64,000 nucleotides of DNA, from positions 64,001 to 128,000 of IMG/VR virus record IMGVR_UViG_3300018080_000117; one strand, 5' to 3'. The DNA is from a virus. Under the pieces are notes generated by a model, which ran no database searches, had not been told where the DNA came from, and saw only the letters and a program-made list of their open reading frames with translations. Shown here in pieces: positions 62,226-64,000 of the stretch (positions are counted from its first letter, which is position 1; every line of letters starts with the position of its first letter). The translations under genes and the position numbers were made by a program.

Positions 62226-63173
62226 ATGCACAAAGATGCCGTAGTTTACGTTGCGGGTTCAACCGGTTTGGTAGGGTCTGCGTTAGTTAGAGAGCTAAGG
62301 TCACAGGGATACAAAAACTTAGTTTTGAAACGGATTGACCTAACAAATAGCAACGAAACGTATGACTTTTTTGAAGAGGAAAAACCGGAGTACGTTTTTG
62401 TTGCTGCTGCTAAGGTCGGAGGAATCCACGCAAACAACACCTACCCCTCAGATTTTATTGAAGTAAACCTAAAAATCTCGTCGAACGTTATCAGTGCCGC
62501 GAGACAGTTTGGAGCAACCAAGCTTCTCTACTTAGGAAGTAGTTGCATCTACCCTAGAGACGCAGATCAACCAATCAGAGAGGAAAGTTTGTTAGCGGGA
62601 CCGCTTGAACCAACCAATGCACCCTACGCAATTGCTAAGATTGCTGGTATCTCCCTGTGTCAAAGCTCAAACCGTCAGCATAAAACCAACTTCATTGCAG
62701 CGATGCCCACCAATCTTTATGGGCCTGGAGACAATTTTGATTTACAAAGCAGCCACGTGCTACCCGCGCTAATGCGAAAAATACACGAAGCAAAGACAGA
62801 ACACAAACCAGAGGTCGAGGTGTGGGGATCGGGCGATCCAATTCGGGAGTTTTTGCACGTCGACGATTGCGCAAAAGCCCTGGTTACAATGATGCAAGAA
62901 TTCGAACCCAAAGATCTTTGCTACTTAAACGTCGGTTGCGGGTATGGAATTTCAATCAGTGAACTAGCTACCCTTTTGAAAGAAGCGGTAGGTTATACGG
63001 GTAAGCTAAAATTTAATCCTGCAATGCCGGACGGAACGCCTAAAAAAGTACTGAACATTGATCGTCTTTGTGGGTTGGGATGGTCCCCAACCATTAGTTT
63101 GTCGGAGGGGCTAGCAAAAACTTACGAGTGGTTTAGGAGATCAAAATGGACCAACTTATCGAATTTGAGATAG
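62226..63173 (+). CDS. fcl: GDP-L-fucose synthase
   Basis: AG..GLVGSA, AAAKVGGI.AN, LGSSCIYP, LEPTN..YAIAK, MPTNLYGPGDNF, SHVLPAL, REFLHVDD, PDGTP.K. Confidence 0.96.
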   Translation: MHKDAVVYVAGSTGLVGSALVRELRSQGYKNLVLKRIDLTNSNETYDFFEEEKPEYVFVAAAKVGGIHANNTYPSDFIEVNLKISSNVISAARQFGATKLLYLGSSCIYPRDADQPIREESLLAGPLEPTNAPYAIAKIAGISLCQSSNRQHKTNFIAAMPTNLYGPGDNFDLQSSHVLPALMRKIHEAKTEHKPEVEVWGSGDPIREFLHVDDCAKALVTMMQEFEPKDLCYLNVGCGYGISISELATLLKEAVGYTGKLKFNPAMPDGTPKKVLNIDRLCGLGWSPTISLSEGLAKTYEWFRRSKWTNLSNLR

Positions 63174-63322
63174 AAACAATTCTCAGAGAAACCGATTTGG
63201 CACTGCTACTAATAATTGACGGGTTGGAACTGTGGCTTCCGAAATCTCAGATCGAAATGGCCGATGAAGAGACGGTTTCGATACCGAAATGGCTGGCGTT
63301 GGAAAAAGGACTGGTTGACTAA
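63146..63322 (+). CDS. small conserved phage protein (58 aa, WLPKSQ motif)
   Basis: Manual translation MDQLIEF...ETDLALLLIIDGLELWLPKSQIE...IPKWLALEKGLVD; AGGAG RBS. Confidence 0.65.
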   Translation: MDQLIEFEIETILRETDLALLLIIDGLELWLPKSQIEMADEETVSIPKWLALEKGLVD

Positions 63323-63909
63323 TGGCCTTAGCACAAGCAACTTTGGCTGAAGAGTTAACTAAACTTTTTGATAGCTCTGATCCCAATTTTGTGGGCTACC
63401 CCGCTAATCTAGGTGCTGCTGCCAGCAACTGGGGAAACGCTTACAACACGTACGCCAGTACAGCAGTAGACGTATCAGGAGACTCTTTAGTAAGCGCCAA
63501 CGCAGCGAGCTTCGTCAGTGCACTGCAAAGCGGCTTGGAGTCTTCGTCGGACGCTACAGCGGCTGCAAACGCCTTTGACGCGGCATTTGTTGCGTATTGG
63601 ACCGGAGCTGTGTTCTCGATTGGCTTTTCGCCAACACCAGCTTCTGCGTGCCCTAGCGTAGGCGGTACTGGATTGTGGTCTTCGGAAATTAGTTCTGTGG
63701 TTAGTGCCGTTACAGCTTCGACCCTAACTAATCTATTGGTGACGGAGTTTGCGATTCTGGGAGGTAGTGCTGCAAGCAAAGCCGATTCCCTTGCTACAGC
63801 TTTTCATTCAGCCACAACAACAGCGGTGTTTGTCTTGATTACTGGATTAGATACCACACCGACCCCTGCTGGACCCCTACCAATCACCAACACCTGCACG
63901 ATTTTTTAG
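63322..63909 (+). CDS. Ala/Ser-rich hypothetical protein, probably structural
   Basis: 195 aa, coupled to the previous gene; A..WA.AY..Y motif. Confidence 0.55.
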   Translation: MALAQATLAEELTKLFDSSDPNFVGYPANLGAAASNWGNAYNTYASTAVDVSGDSLVSANAASFVSALQSGLESSSDATAAANAFDAAFVAYWTGAVFSIGFSPTPASACPSVGGTGLWSSEISSVVSAVTASTLTNLLVTEFAILGGSAASKADSLATAFHSATTTAVFVLITGLDTTPTPAGPLPITNTCTIF

Positions 63910-64000
63910 CCCTCGTTTTCACCCAAAAAAACTTTAGTTTTTTGTAACCTATTGTATCCTTTACTAAAGTTTATTTGGTTTTTTACAAATTTTACTTGAC

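Noticed and set aside
1-64000. Stop-codon reassignment (alternative genetic code)
   Set aside because: Conserved genes are full length in the standard code, and TAA, TAG and TGA all terminate genes.
1-64000. tRNA or rRNA genes
   Set aside because: No cloverleaf with T-loop and D-loop consensus found by eye in the few intergenic gaps; a tRNAscan-SE run would be needed to exclude them fully.

Overview
This window is a 64-kb segment of a large (jumbo-type) tailed dsDNA bacteriophage genome, probably a myovirus since it has a baseplate J gene. It is read in the standard genetic code and probably infects a Gram-negative host. From left to right it contains: (1) a leftward glycosyltransferase operon with an inserted DNA adenine methyltransferase (1-5452); (2) a ~1.4-kb gene-free region made of tandem stem-loops followed by an AT-rich tract, where gene orientation switches (5453-6855); (3) an XRE regulator divergent from a sigma-70 factor and a zinc-finger-less primase; (4) a solo TnpB IS200/IS605 element; (5) a G8/beta-helix virion protein and a candidate small RNA; (6) a full replication/recombination module (SF2 helicase, DnaC, DnaB, stand-alone CHC2 finger, UDG-PolA fusion, RecA, SSB, Mre11/Rad50, two more methyltransferases); (7) candidate internal head proteins; (8) a lysis region with an orphan response regulator, interleaved with a large nucleotide-sugar and glycosylation island (rmlABC, gmd, DegT aminotransferase, cupin, methyltransferase, GT2/GT9/CgeB glycosyltransferases); (9) a leftward baseplate/tail-fibre module followed by fcl. 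The most notable items are the autonomous glycosylation system (8 glycosyltransferases plus three sugar-donor pathways), the structured non-coding array, a frameshifted methyltransferase at an A8 tract, the split primase, a family of charge-block winged-helix proteins, and the receiver domain inside the lysis cassette. All calls come from reading motifs by eye; no database searches were run.
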